Below are positions 8,994 through 19,335 of a DNA stretch of 64,000 nucleotides, in pieces. The notes below the pieces were generated by a model that ran no database searches, was not told the origin of the DNA, and was given only the letters and a program-made list of their open reading frames with translations. Source of the DNA: Promethearchaeota archaeon (GTDB lineage: Archaea; Asgardarchaeota; Lokiarchaeia; Sigyniarchaeales; SOKP01); NCBI GenBank assembly GCA_029838195.1, contig JALGVJ010000009.1:29126-93125 (forward strand), in the 5' to 3' direction. The translations under genes and the position numbers were made by a program. The stretch's first letter is position 1, and each line of letters starts with the position of its first letter.

Positions 8994-11351
8994 ATGATAA
9001 GTGGAGGTATGGATTCGGAAGAAACAGGATTTTGGAATACATGGGATCCCTTGGGAATGAACCGTTTTGTTAAATTTCCCGAATTATATGAAATTCGCAT
9101 TTCGATATATAGTCCTGAATTTAAAGCCTACACGTCGAAATTTTATTTTATTCAATATAATACTCACGTTGGCAATGTATTGAAGGTTTATGCACGCCAG
9201 AAGGATAGCAATTATTCCAAAATAGATTTGTCATTTAAGGATTTTATTTTTACAATTGAACAAGCGTGTTTCGGGTCTGAAAATCTTGTTTTAAAAATAA
9301 TTCCAAGAGCGGTGATTGATCCTTTTACCATGCTATTAGTAGAAGTCTCACGAGCATGGCAACTTGATGGTGAAGTAGAATTGAGTGATGAACAGGAAAT
9401 AAATTTTCCTTGTAAGAAGGGACGATTGATGATCATTCAAGCAGGGCAAGATTTTCATTCAAATGTGCATGATGGCAAATACTTGACCTTTGGCGTGTAT
9501 TCTGATGAAAATTCTTTTTTTCAAGACTTACGAGACAATGGAACCTTGAATGAACAAAAAGGAAAAGGAACAATTGCAGTATTGGGATTTCAAGCTTGCT
9601 TGCCTTTAAAAATCGTGGCATGCCTTGATAATGTAAAAAAAGTAGGATCCGTGGAAGAAAGCATAGCGAAAGCGAAATTGGAACATGAGCAAAAAGCCAT
9701 GAAAATAATTGGCGGAGAATTTGAGGGCTGTGCTCAAGCCATGACTTCAATTATTAATTGGGAACTGGCATGGGATCAACTCAATGAGCGTCCTTACACT
9801 TTATTAACGAGAGAATGGGCAGATAGATACATGGTTGGGATGGGGATTGATAAAACGGCGCGTGGTCCTTGCCTCGGCTTATGGGATACGTTTTTTAATG
9901 CCCTTTTACATTCCGTTGAGGATAAAGAGCTCTCGGAATCTAACATGTTTGAAATAATGAAGGATTCTTCTCTTATAGATGGCCAATTTCCTCCTAATTA
10001 TATCGTATCCGGATTTCTTTCGGGCGATAGGAGTCAACCTCCTGTTGGTTCCTTAATAACCTGGAAAATCTTTAGAAAACATGAAAATAGGGAATTTTTA
10101 AAATGGATCTACCCCCGATTAAAAAAATGGCACGAGTGGTGGAAAAAACAAAGAGATGGAAATAAGGATAGATTATTGGAATGGGGATCTAATGCTAAGA
10201 CAAAATATCGAGGAAACGCAGCGGGAACTCTTTTTGCTGCGAAATGTGAATCTGGCATGGATAATAGTCCATTATATGATGATGCAAAATATGATCGCAA
10301 AATTGGAACCATGAATCTCACGGATATCGGTTTAAATTCATTGTTCACGGCAGATGCGTTATATCTTTCAAAAATCGCTTGTGAACTTGGTTATCACACG
10401 GATAGTGATTGTTTTTTAAAAGAATGGAACGGAATGAAGAAAAAAATAAATGATTATCTATGGAATGAAAAAAAGAAAGCTTACATGGATAGATATTGGA
10501 ATGGAGCTTTTAGCTCAAGACTCGCACCTACCACGTTTTATCCTTTAATCGCACGCGTGCCTACAAGGAAGAGAGCCGAAACAATCATCCATCATCATCT
10601 TTTAAATGAAAAAGAATTTTGGGGACAATACGTCATTCCCTCTATAAGTCGGAATGATAAGGCGTTTAAAGACCAACTTTACTGGAGAGGGCGAATCTGG
10701 CCACCATTAAATTATCTTGTTTATACGGGATTAAAAGAATACGAGATGGATGAAATTGCCCATGAATTCGCAAAAAAAAGCGTCCGCTTATTCATGAACG
10801 ATTGGCGTTCTAAAGGACATTGTCATGAGAATTATAACGCTATTACGGGAACGGGAGATGATGTGCCCACTCGTATAAGGACTTACATGGAAGGCTCAGA
10901 TCGATTTTATAGTTGGGGCGCTTTGCTGCCTCTCTTAGGGATAGAAGAACTTTTTGATGTTGAGATGGAGAACGGAATAAGATTTGGTAATTGTTTCTTA
11001 ACACGTGAAAGCATTCTTAAAAACATCCGGCTAAGAGGCTTAAATTTAACAATTGAAGCATCGCGAAATGAAACAAGAGTATGGCGAGAAGGTTTCTTGT
11101 TTTTCCATTCCATTCCGGGAACGACTGTTCGAAATTATGATGCTAAGGAAGAGCTAGTTGTATTTAGAGCATTAGGATATGGCAAAACCCATTTTACCCT
11201 GAATGAATTTGAACCGGGCACGAGAGTTCTTGTTAGAATAGATGATAAAAAAAACAAGCAATTGAGAGCAGAAAAAGACGGAGCTATTAAGTTTTCTTCA
11301 TTTCTTGACGGAAAAAACTATAAAAAGATTATAATAAAAAAAGAAAATTGA
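8994..11351 (+). CDS. GH63-family (alpha/alpha)6 glycosidase (mannosyl-oligosaccharide glucosidase / MGH-like)
   Basis: 785 aa. Motifs GLWDTFF, QPPVGSL, ESGMDNSPLYD and YWRGRIWPPLNYL resemble the GH63/GH37 catalytic-domain signatures. Confidence 0.65.
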   Translation: MISGGMDSEETGFWNTWDPLGMNRFVKFPELYEIRISIYSPEFKAYTSKFYFIQYNTHVGNVLKVYARQKDSNYSKIDLSFKDFIFTIEQACFGSENLVLKIIPRAVIDPFTMLLVEVSRAWQLDGEVELSDEQEINFPCKKGRLMIIQAGQDFHSNVHDGKYLTFGVYSDENSFFQDLRDNGTLNEQKGKGTIAVLGFQACLPLKIVACLDNVKKVGSVEESIAKAKLEHEQKAMKIIGGEFEGCAQAMTSIINWELAWDQLNERPYTLLTREWADRYMVGMGIDKTARGPCLGLWDTFFNALLHSVEDKELSESNMFEIMKDSSLIDGQFPPNYIVSGFLSGDRSQPPVGSLITWKIFRKHENREFLKWIYPRLKKWHEWWKKQRDGNKDRLLEWGSNAKTKYRGNAAGTLFAAKCESGMDNSPLYDDAKYDRKIGTMNLTDIGLNSLFTADALYLSKIACELGYHTDSDCFLKEWNGMKKKINDYLWNEKKKAYMDRYWNGAFSSRLAPTTFYPLIARVPTRKRAETIIHHHLLNEKEFWGQYVIPSISRNDKAFKDQLYWRGRIWPPLNYLVYTGLKEYEMDEIAHEFAKKSVRLFMNDWRSKGHCHENYNAITGTGDDVPTRIRTYMEGSDRFYSWGALLPLLGIEELFDVEMENGIRFGNCFLTRESILKNIRLRGLNLTIEASRNETRVWREGFLFFHSIPGTTVRNYDAKEELVVFRALGYGKTHFTLNEFEPGTRVLVRIDDKKNKQLRAEKDGAIKFSSFLDGKNYKKIIIKKEN

Positions 11352-11415
11352 TAATATTACTACTCCATTAATCTGTTACTTCGCTAAAAGGGAAAAAATA
11401 GGGAATTTAAAGAAA

Positions 11416-12495
11416 TTAATCAAAAGGCAGTTCCTTTGGCTCCTCTCGTGGTAGACGTTGTTCTCGGGGTAATAACGGAGGAAATTTATCATGAGGTTCT
11501 GTCTGATACCAATACGCCGTCGAGGAAAAATCATCCGAGCGCTGATTCGCATGTCCGTGTTCGATTTTCACTTTAATATTTTTATGAAAATAGATAGGAT
11601 CTTCTACATGGAATCTGTAATAAGAGATTTTACCGGTATGCTGCTTTCCCCCAGGTAAGGTTATACCAAAATAGGGAGAAGAAAAATATTGAAGTGGGCC
11701 CCAAGACGTGCAGAAATAATCTTCCGTTCCGGTTCCGTAAAGGATTCTTTCTCCATCATCAATTTCAATATAATCATCCCCTTCTCCGGGCCAATTTCTA
11801 AAATCAGGGCTTTTTGGCACGTATAAATTATGGATGTTTAAATTGCATCCCACGTAATGGCCTTCTCCTCTTGCTTCAAGGATTACATAGTCATCTTCAT
11901 GAGTAAGATTTTTTTTCCAAAATTTATCAATGATATTCCCCTTGATCTTTTCATAGTTCACGCCTTTACAAGGGTTTTCACGACGCCATTGCGCATGGAA
12001 TCTCCCGAACGAGTCATCAAGCTTTTCATATTCTTCATAATCAACGTAATAATAGCAAACCAGGTTTTTATTGGTTTCATTTTCAATTTCAATACGGGCA
12101 CTTTTCGCAAAAGGCATGGGAAACCAACAATTAAAGCCCTTACCATCTTGGGGCCCCATGGAAAGCGGAAGACTCCAATAATTCACGGTTTTAGCATGTC
12201 CCACTCCAAAGAAATCGCCGATAGGAGTTTCTACCGACGGATTTTCTTCATCATCCCACCACATGCGAAGGACTACTTCTCGTAAATAATAAGGAGCTTC
12301 TGAGGCCAATGTCATCCATAGATGTTTAATGCATCCAGCTCTTTTGATATAGCAAACTTCATGTTTTTCTCCCGGGCTCGTGGTGCTCGTGTCGATATTA
12401 GCTCCAGTTTTATCATAGCTAGAGATTCGATTTCTTTTCACATCTTTTCTAATTCGTGCTAAATTTGCTAAAGAGTGATAACCCATATCCATCAT
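11416..12495 (-). CDS. DUF2961 / GH172-family protein
   Basis: 359 aa. MWWDDEENPSVETPIGDFFG, GTGTEDYF and YYRFHVEDPIYF are characteristic DUF2961 blocks. Confidence 0.7.
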   Translation of the reverse strand: MMDMGYHSLANLARIRKDVKRNRISSYDKTGANIDTSTTSPGEKHEVCYIKRAGCIKHLWMTLASEAPYYLREVVLRMWWDDEENPSVETPIGDFFGVGHAKTVNYWSLPLSMGPQDGKGFNCWFPMPFAKSARIEIENETNKNLVCYYYVDYEEYEKLDDSFGRFHAQWRRENPCKGVNYEKIKGNIIDKFWKKNLTHEDDYVILEARGEGHYVGCNLNIHNLYVPKSPDFRNWPGEGDDYIEIDDGERILYGTGTEDYFCTSWGPLQYFSSPYFGITLPGGKQHTGKISYYRFHVEDPIYFHKNIKVKIEHGHANQRSDDFSSTAYWYQTEPHDKFPPLLPREQRLPREEPKELPFD

Positions 12496-12759
12496 GAATC
12501 ACGTGATAACTAACTTTTTTTAAATTTATTTAGTAAATAACATCCATGAACTTATAAAGTTATGTAATTCGAGTAGTAGACATGCCAATCCTTCATGTAA
12601 AAATACATTGTTGAGGGGTTGAACATATTGAATGGGAAAAATACACTTTTAGCATGGCCTTAGATATCGTTGCGTGGACAATTTCATTCATGAAAATAAT
12701 TTTTATTTAAGATTAATCATTTCGAGAAGATAAGTTAAAATTATTATCAAACGTGAATA

Positions 12760-14184
12760 TTGATTATCGTCAATAATAAGGCAAAAAGCAATAAAGGAGG
12801 GATTTCTAAAAGGGAATCTAATTTAAGTCGGAAAGAGCAATTCCTTTATTCCATTGTTTTTTTTCCTAACATCATTTTAGCAGGAATTTTTAGTCTTAAT
12901 TACGTGAATTTTTTTTGGGATAATTTAAAACTTCAGCAATTATATTTTTCTATTGGATTATTAATATATACGATCGTGAATCCGCTAAATGATTTTTACT
13001 TGGGGCGATTAACGGATAAAACAAATGTAGCTCGTTGGGGGGGTCGTCGTTTAATTTACATGAAATGGGGCGGCCCCTTATGGGCATTTTTATTTTTCAG
13101 CATGTGGTTTCCGTGGAGCTATACGAATCAAGTGGTCATTTTTATTCATTTTATAACAAGTATCATTGGATTTGACATGATGCTTTCTTTAGTTTGGATG
13201 GTATGGACGGCTGTATTGCCTGAGATGACGGAAAATATAGAAGAAAGAAACGTGATCATGTTATATTCTTATTTCATGTCTCTTTTAGGAGCATTTCCCG
13301 TCATGATTGCTTTTTTATTGTTCGAAACGAGCTTGGTGTGGTTTCAAGCGTTTGCCGGAGTCTGTGCGGTAATTTGTGGCGTGTTATATTATATAGTAGG
13401 AGCAAATCTTAAGGAACGCCCCGAGTTATACAAGCAACAAGAGATCATTCCCTTGAAACAAGCCATTAAAGAAATGTTCAGGTTGAAATCGTTTGTGGCA
13501 GATACCATCTATCGTTCCTTCAATCAAATTAATATTATTTTGAGCTCTTCTTTCATATTTGCATATCTCTTCATTTTAGGAGTTGATTTACTAACGGCCT
13601 CTCTCTTGTTCACGTTTAATTCCATTATTTTGGGATTTTTAGGAAATTATATCTATACAAAATTATCCATGACCCGTGACATGAGAGATTTAATCATTAG
13701 GGGGAAAATTGGTATCATTTTAATCAATCTTACTGCTTTTTTCATTATTTTATTCACGGGGTATAAGATTCTTATTTGGATTTTTCTTTTAATCGGAACT
13801 ATAATCGGAGGTTATGGTTTATTTGACTATCCTCTACTGATGTTAGTAACCGACGATGATGAAGTAATGAATGGAACGCGTCGGGAAGGCACAATTATTG
13901 GCACGAATGTTTTCTTCATTAAAATAACAGAAAGTCTTGCGCCAATTTTGGGAACGTCAATTTTATTGTTTTTTGGCTACGTTCAAGGAGCTTCTATTCA
14001 GAGTCCGAGAGCGGAACTGGGAATTCTTTTTCTAATGACGGTTGTACCTTCCATCATTCATTTCTTTGCTCTGTTAGGGATTCTCTATTTTCCCTTGCAT
14101 GGAGATTATCTTAAAGAAATGAATGAAAAACTCTTGAAAATTCATGAGGAGAAGGTAAAACTTTTTTCTTCTTCAAGTAAATAA
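12760..14184 (+). CDS. GPH/MFS-type sugar symporter
   Basis: 474 aa and multi-TM, with NPLNDFYLGRLTDKT...WGGRR as a GPH-like loop. The start is TTG as called by the track. Confidence 0.6.
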   Translation: MIIVNNKAKSNKGGISKRESNLSRKEQFLYSIVFFPNIILAGIFSLNYVNFFWDNLKLQQLYFSIGLLIYTIVNPLNDFYLGRLTDKTNVARWGGRRLIYMKWGGPLWAFLFFSMWFPWSYTNQVVIFIHFITSIIGFDMMLSLVWMVWTAVLPEMTENIEERNVIMLYSYFMSLLGAFPVMIAFLLFETSLVWFQAFAGVCAVICGVLYYIVGANLKERPELYKQQEIIPLKQAIKEMFRLKSFVADTIYRSFNQINIILSSSFIFAYLFILGVDLLTASLLFTFNSIILGFLGNYIYTKLSMTRDMRDLIIRGKIGIILINLTAFFIILFTGYKILIWIFLLIGTIIGGYGLFDYPLLMLVTDDDEVMNGTRREGTIIGTNVFFIKITESLAPILGTSILLFFGYVQGASIQSPRAELGILFLMTVVPSIIHFFALLGILYFPLHGDYLKEMNEKLLKIHEEKVKLFSSSSK

Positions 14185-14266
14185 AACTTTTTTAAAACAA
14201 ATGAAAACCCGTACAGCAATTTTTTTAGATTTTATTAAAAACCCCTAATTCTTTCATGAAAACTTG

Positions 14267-17200
14267 TCATGTAATCAAAATTTTAGCAATCATTTCTAAG
14301 TTAGTATAAAACTTGGATGAGTTGCGTTTTCTCATCTCATTTTTGAGGTCAGAATACCAAAAAGCGAGATCATCTAATTTTTTTTCCGCATTTAAAAGAT
14401 CTTTTTCCAATACTTCAATTTGTTCCAGGAGTTTTTCAATGTCTTTTAGTTTTTTTGTTTTTTTATTTTCATCTTTTAATTTTTGAATGTTTTTCATTTG
14501 CCGTTCCGTGGGCTTCTGATTATATTTTCGTTCGAGTTTTTGTTTTAAAGATTCTATTTTGCGGATCAACACGCGTTGTTCGTGTTCGTGTATTTTTTCT
14601 TTTTTTTTAAGTTCTTGTTGGAAGATTTTTTCATTTAATCTCTTGATCTCCCGTTTCCATTCACTTGTTTTTATTTTTATGAGTTTTTTAGCTTTAATTT
14701 TTAGCGCTTGGATTGTAGCGGCATCACGTTTAAGAACAGCCCCATTTTCCTCATCTTTCAACGGGAAAATATCCTTAAAGTGTTTAATATCCAAAATGTA
14801 ACCCGTAGTTAAGGGGAGTTCATTTCCGAATAGATCAATAACAATGGGAACAAATTGTTGTTCCACGATATATCCTTGAAATTTCAGGTTAAAAATGAAT
14901 AAATAGAGAGCCGTATTCGTGGATATTTCTGATATAATGGAGGAGGGAAGTGCATTTTTCTTTAGCCTTAAAATGGAAATAGTTCCTTTGAAGGAATCGC
15001 TAATCAAATAATCTAACAAAGCATCAATGAGAGGATGGCCTAAAGCAAAAAAATCTAATTCTTCGCGTTTTTTGGCCAACTCTAAATCAAAAGTTCCTGT
15101 ATAGGATTCCGAGAGCGCATTATTATTGAGAATCTCTAAAAAAGATTTATTCAGTGTGATATGGCTGATTAAGCTTTTTTTTTCCCCCTCTATTTCCTCC
15201 GCATTCACCTCATTTGTTAGATGACCATATTTACCCTCATTTAATTCGAAAAACAAGCTAATAAGGAGAAATAACTCATCGTGGGTCAACTTAACTTCAC
15301 CACACGCTGCGAGAGATGTTATTAAGTTGTCCATTTGAAACGATTTTTTATCAATTAATAAATCGTCTAATTGCATTTCGAGTTCCCGCGCTCTTTTAAC
15401 TTGGAATTCTAATTCTCTATTAAATTCCCGTAATTTTCTTGGTTTTTCCTTGATTTCCGAAAATACCAAATCTTGAATATTCTTTTCTATCTTTCCTAAA
15501 ATTGGCTCCAAGGCGCCAATAGATTCTTCAAATAGGTGAATCCGTTTATTTAGAGCGAAAATAATATCCGTCTCAATTGTTCCTTCGATAAAAAAATTAT
15601 AAATGAAAATTTTTTTAGATTTTTGTCCAATCCGGTCTAATCTTCCAATGCGCTGTTCTAACTTCATGGGATTCCATGGCAAGTCGAAGTTTATCAAGAT
15701 TTTACAGAATTGGAAATTTCGACCTTCTCCTCCAATTTCAGTTGATAATAAGAGAGAAAAAGTTTTGCTTTTTCTAAACCTTTGCACGGCTTCGTTTTTT
15801 TCTTGAAGGGTCATCCCGCCATGAAAGACTTCGATATGATACGCCTTGTTTTGGTGCTTGAGAACCTTTTTTAAATGGAATAAAGTATCGACGAATTGCG
15901 TGAAAACGATTACTTTTTCTTCATTATTTTGTTGATATAAGCGATGTATTAACTCTAAAAACGCCTCTGTTTTTGAATCATGGGAAATGGATGTGAGCTT
16001 CTCATGAAATTCCTTGAGGATTTTTTCTTGATTTAATAGATCCATGGTGCGACGCTGAACATCATTCGAATCAATTATTTCAAATAGAGCTCTATCTGTC
16101 TCTAAATCTTGTTTTTCTATTTCGAAATTAAAATATTCGGGATCTTCCTTTTCAAGAATCTCCATCTCACCATGTAAATTTTTTAGCTCCCGAACATGAG
16201 CTAATCTACGTTCTAAACTCTTTAAAAAAGCTTGCTTTGAGCTAGTTAATAATTTTTGAAGCGTCGTGATCACAAATCCTAAGCCTACATTTTGCGTGTT
16301 CAGGGCAGAATTGTAAATTTTGGCAAGATAAAGCCGGATTTCATTATAAATATCTAATTCTTTAGGGGTAGGATTCACTAAAATAGTTTTTACAATGCGT
16401 TCATTTAATAAATCCTTCGAAAACACGTTTTTTTTCCTATTTCGAATTAAAAATTGAGAGAGGGAATGGTCTTCTTCAATTTTTTTAAGTAGAGCTTTTT
16501 TAAAAACACGGTCATTTAATTTATTCAAAATCTTTTCTTTTTTTTCCGTCGCAGCGACATATTTTAAATCTTTTAATAATTTAAGGGTATTTTTAATTTC
16601 GAACGTGTTTAATTTATTTATATCATTTATATTCGATATTAAGAGATTCATGAAGGGCATGTTTTTTCTAAAATGTTCAAAATCACTATAAGAATCGAAG
16701 GCTTCTGGATGAATTAATTCAATTAAAGAATATAATTCAAAAGGATGAAGTTGTAAGGGAGTGGCCGTAAGTAATAATAAACCCTCGCAATTTTGGCTTA
16801 TTTTTTTTGCTAAGGAATAGTTCAAGGTTTCGCGATACGCTCCCGTGGAAGAATTAGTAAGGTATCGCCTTAAATGATGAGCCTCATCAAAAATAACGAT
16901 ATCCCAGGAAATTTGAGATAATAATTCAGCATATTTGGGATTTCTCGCAAATTGTAAGGAACATAATATTAAATTATCATGATAAAAAAGATTATGATAG
17001 ATTTGTAAGCTTTTTAGAGTTCCATTTTTTCCCAACTCTCTAATTTTTTTTCCATCGTAGATTTGAAAGTTGATTTGAAATTTATTGAGCATTTCAAAAT
17101 GCCATTGTTTAACTAACGTTGCGGGAACGATAATCAAAATTCTTTCCGCTAAATTTCTTGCCATCATTTCTTTCACATAAATTCCCGCTTCAATGGTTTT

Positions 17201-17872
17201 TCCAAGTCCGACTTCATCAGCCAAAATCATGCGCGCAAAATAATCCTCAGAAAGACGATGAGCCACGTTGATTTGATGAGGCATCAAGGTTAAGCGTGAA
17301 TTAGTAATGCACTTGATTTGGTAAGAAGTATAATAAGAATGAAATAATTTTGCCCAATATTTAATGAGAAAATTTTTAGAAGCATCGATCTCACCATCAA
17401 ATATTTTTTCTTCCAAAGAGGGGACGTGAGTGGAATAAATTTCCGTTTCCTTGATTTGTTCTATAGTACCATTAGGAAAAAGAACTTCATAAGAGAGAAT
17501 ACCTTTTTGAATGAGAAATTCACTTGAGTTTATTATGCTGGGTCCTTTAATGGTCATAACCTGCTCGTTTATCTCAAAGACACGATGAATCAAGTCAATG
17601 GGGTGAACTATTCGAGTGATCTTATTTGGAAAAAGAACTTTATATTTTATCAATGTGAATGAATCTTTTTCATCCAACTTTTTAGAGGAAGGAATTTCTA
17701 ATATCTTTATGATTTTTCCGATTCCCAATTCAGGATTCAAACGATAAATTACTTTATTACCTATATTGAATTCTTTTCCCCTACAATATTGGTTGAAACA
17801 CTTTGAAAATATATCATCTAATTCTTTTCCGCAAAAAGGACATGCTTGTTTGGTGCTAACGTGTTGCTCCAT
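14267..17872 (-). CDS. SNF2-family ATPase with RapA/HepA-like architecture (N-terminal Zn-ribbon, two Tudor/SH3-like modules, SNF2_N, Helicase_C, C-terminal coiled coil)
   Basis: Motifs LMPHQ, DEVGLGKT, DEAHHLR, LLLTATPLQ, and GGEGRNFQ...DLPWNP...QRIGRLDRIGQ are present. I prefer the ATG at 17872 (MEQHVSTKQACPFCG) to the track's TTG at 17887. Confidence 0.85.
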   Translation of the reverse strand: MEQHVSTKQACPFCGKELDDIFSKCFNQYCRGKEFNIGNKVIYRLNPELGIGKIIKILEIPSSKKLDEKDSFTLIKYKVLFPNKITRIVHPIDLIHRVFEINEQVMTIKGPSIINSSEFLIQKGILSYEVLFPNGTIEQIKETEIYSTHVPSLEEKIFDGEIDASKNFLIKYWAKLFHSYYTSYQIKCITNSRLTLMPHQINVAHRLSEDYFARMILADEVGLGKTIEAGIYVKEMMARNLAERILIIVPATLVKQWHFEMLNKFQINFQIYDGKKIRELGKNGTLKSLQIYHNLFYHDNLILCSLQFARNPKYAELLSQISWDIVIFDEAHHLRRYLTNSSTGAYRETLNYSLAKKISQNCEGLLLLTATPLQLHPFELYSLIELIHPEAFDSYSDFEHFRKNMPFMNLLISNINDINKLNTFEIKNTLKLLKDLKYVAATEKKEKILNKLNDRVFKKALLKKIEEDHSLSQFLIRNRKKNVFSKDLLNERIVKTILVNPTPKELDIYNEIRLYLAKIYNSALNTQNVGLGFVITTLQKLLTSSKQAFLKSLERRLAHVRELKNLHGEMEILEKEDPEYFNFEIEKQDLETDRALFEIIDSNDVQRRTMDLLNQEKILKEFHEKLTSISHDSKTEAFLELIHRLYQQNNEEKVIVFTQFVDTLFHLKKVLKHQNKAYHIEVFHGGMTLQEKNEAVQRFRKSKTFSLLLSTEIGGEGRNFQFCKILINFDLPWNPMKLEQRIGRLDRIGQKSKKIFIYNFFIEGTIETDIIFALNKRIHLFEESIGALEPILGKIEKNIQDLVFSEIKEKPRKLREFNRELEFQVKRARELEMQLDDLLIDKKSFQMDNLITSLAACGEVKLTHDELFLLISLFFELNEGKYGHLTNEVNAEEIEGEKKSLISHITLNKSFLEILNNNALSESYTGTFDLELAKKREELDFFALGHPLIDALLDYLISDSFKGTISILRLKKNALPSSIISEISTNTALYLFIFNLKFQGYIVEQQFVPIVIDLFGNELPLTTGYILDIKHFKDIFPLKDEENGAVLKRDAATIQALKIKAKKLIKIKTSEWKREIKRLNEKIFQQELKKKEKIHEHEQRVLIRKIESLKQKLERKYNQKPTERQMKNIQKLKDENKKTKKLKDIEKLLEQIEVLEKDLLNAEKKLDDLAFWYSDLKNEMRKRNSSKFYTNLEMIAKILIT

Positions 17873-18318
17873 GAGAACGTCAAGCAATTACTAAAATTTC
17901 AGTACATGATTCCAATCCTCCAGGAGTTCATTAAATTGAACAGAAAAAGCCCGTCATGGAATATTAAACATGTTTTAATATATTTTAAAATGCAAAGCAT
18001 AGAAATTTTATTATTTCATTTTAAAAAATAACATTCTCATGGTCTTTTTTTCTTCAAGATTCATGAAATTGCTTGTCAAGCTTGAATATTCTTTCATATG
18101 ATTTTTAAAGATATTAATAAGTTTCATAGGAAGAAATTTTTAAAATTTTGGCTTGAAAATTCCTCAGAAAAGTCTAATTGAATGAGAAAGGAGAATTAAA
18201 ACAAGTTCATGGAAAATCATAAATGTAATTAAAAATAAAACGCATGAATAATAATGATAAATTTAAACTACTCTCATGACTTAAAATTTATCAAAAAAAA
18301 AAGATAATTAGAACCTTC

Positions 18319-19206
18319 ATGAAGCGAATCATGAATGAAATCAATATTGAACCCACATATATAGGAAAAAATGAAGGATTAGTCTTCAAGGTTCCAAAAG
18401 AATTATTCTCCATGAGCGCCGGACCCGTAGAAAAATTAGATAAGGAGGTTGCTAAAGAATTTGGAAAATATATCAGGGGAACCTTTAAGGGCTTTCAAGA
18501 AGCCCGCAAGACTAAATATGGAAATGAAAAAAATACCCGAACAGATACTACACCCGAATTTTGGAAAGAATTTGAAAAAAAAGCAAGAAGCATGAATGTG
18601 GATTTAATTGGATACACACCCATTCTCGAAAATTTTATATTTAAAGATTTAAAAGTGTATGGAAAAAATGCCATCGTGTTGGGAATGGAAATGAAATGGG
18701 ATAAGATTAAAACCGCCCCCAGTGCGATCTGTGAAATAGAATGCTTTAGAGTATATAAAATGCTTGGAGATATCACGATTGAACTTACAGAATATTTAAA
18801 AGAAAAAGGTTATAAAAGTGAAGCGCATCATCCTTTTGGAGGTAAAATGTTGTTTCCACCTCATGCGGTGGCAGCTAATCTGGGAATTAAAGGGCGTAAT
18901 GGATTAGTCATCACGCCCGAATTTGGCCCTCGCCAGCGGTGGAGCATGATTTCCACTGATGCTGACATCCCCGTCCCGATAGATCGTGATTTTACCGCAC
19001 TCGAAGAATTTTGTAAAACTTGCGGGGCTTGCGTGAGAAACTGTAAAGGAGGCGCTGCATATGAAGAACCGATCGAAAAGCTACCTGGATCAGGAGTGAT
19101 CACGCATATAGAACGGGCCAAATGCATTCAAAGCCTTTTAAAAAACAACTATTGCTCTGTCTGCTTGAAAATATGCCCTCATTCGAAACCTAAAGAAACT
19201 CAATAA
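18319..19206 (+). CDS. 4Fe-4S protein of the reductive-dehalogenase / epoxyqueuosine-reductase (QueG) superfamily
   Basis: 295 aa. AANLGIKGRNGLVITPEFGPRQR followed by CKTCGACVRNC and CSVCLKICP resembles the QueG/RdhA core plus ferredoxin motifs. Confidence 0.5.
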   Translation: MKRIMNEINIEPTYIGKNEGLVFKVPKELFSMSAGPVEKLDKEVAKEFGKYIRGTFKGFQEARKTKYGNEKNTRTDTTPEFWKEFEKKARSMNVDLIGYTPILENFIFKDLKVYGKNAIVLGMEMKWDKIKTAPSAICEIECFRVYKMLGDITIELTEYLKEKGYKSEAHHPFGGKMLFPPHAVAANLGIKGRNGLVITPEFGPRQRWSMISTDADIPVPIDRDFTALEEFCKTCGACVRNCKGGAAYEEPIEKLPGSGVITHIERAKCIQSLLKNNYCSVCLKICPHSKPKETQ

Positions 19207-19335
19207 TTTTAACTTTTTTTTTAAAATATCATTCGCATTCTACGAATTCATGAAAGAGAAATTATCATTCCTTGAAATTAACATTAAATTATAAGAATGG
19301 AAATAGAATATTAAAAAAAAGGAGATTTATTAATT

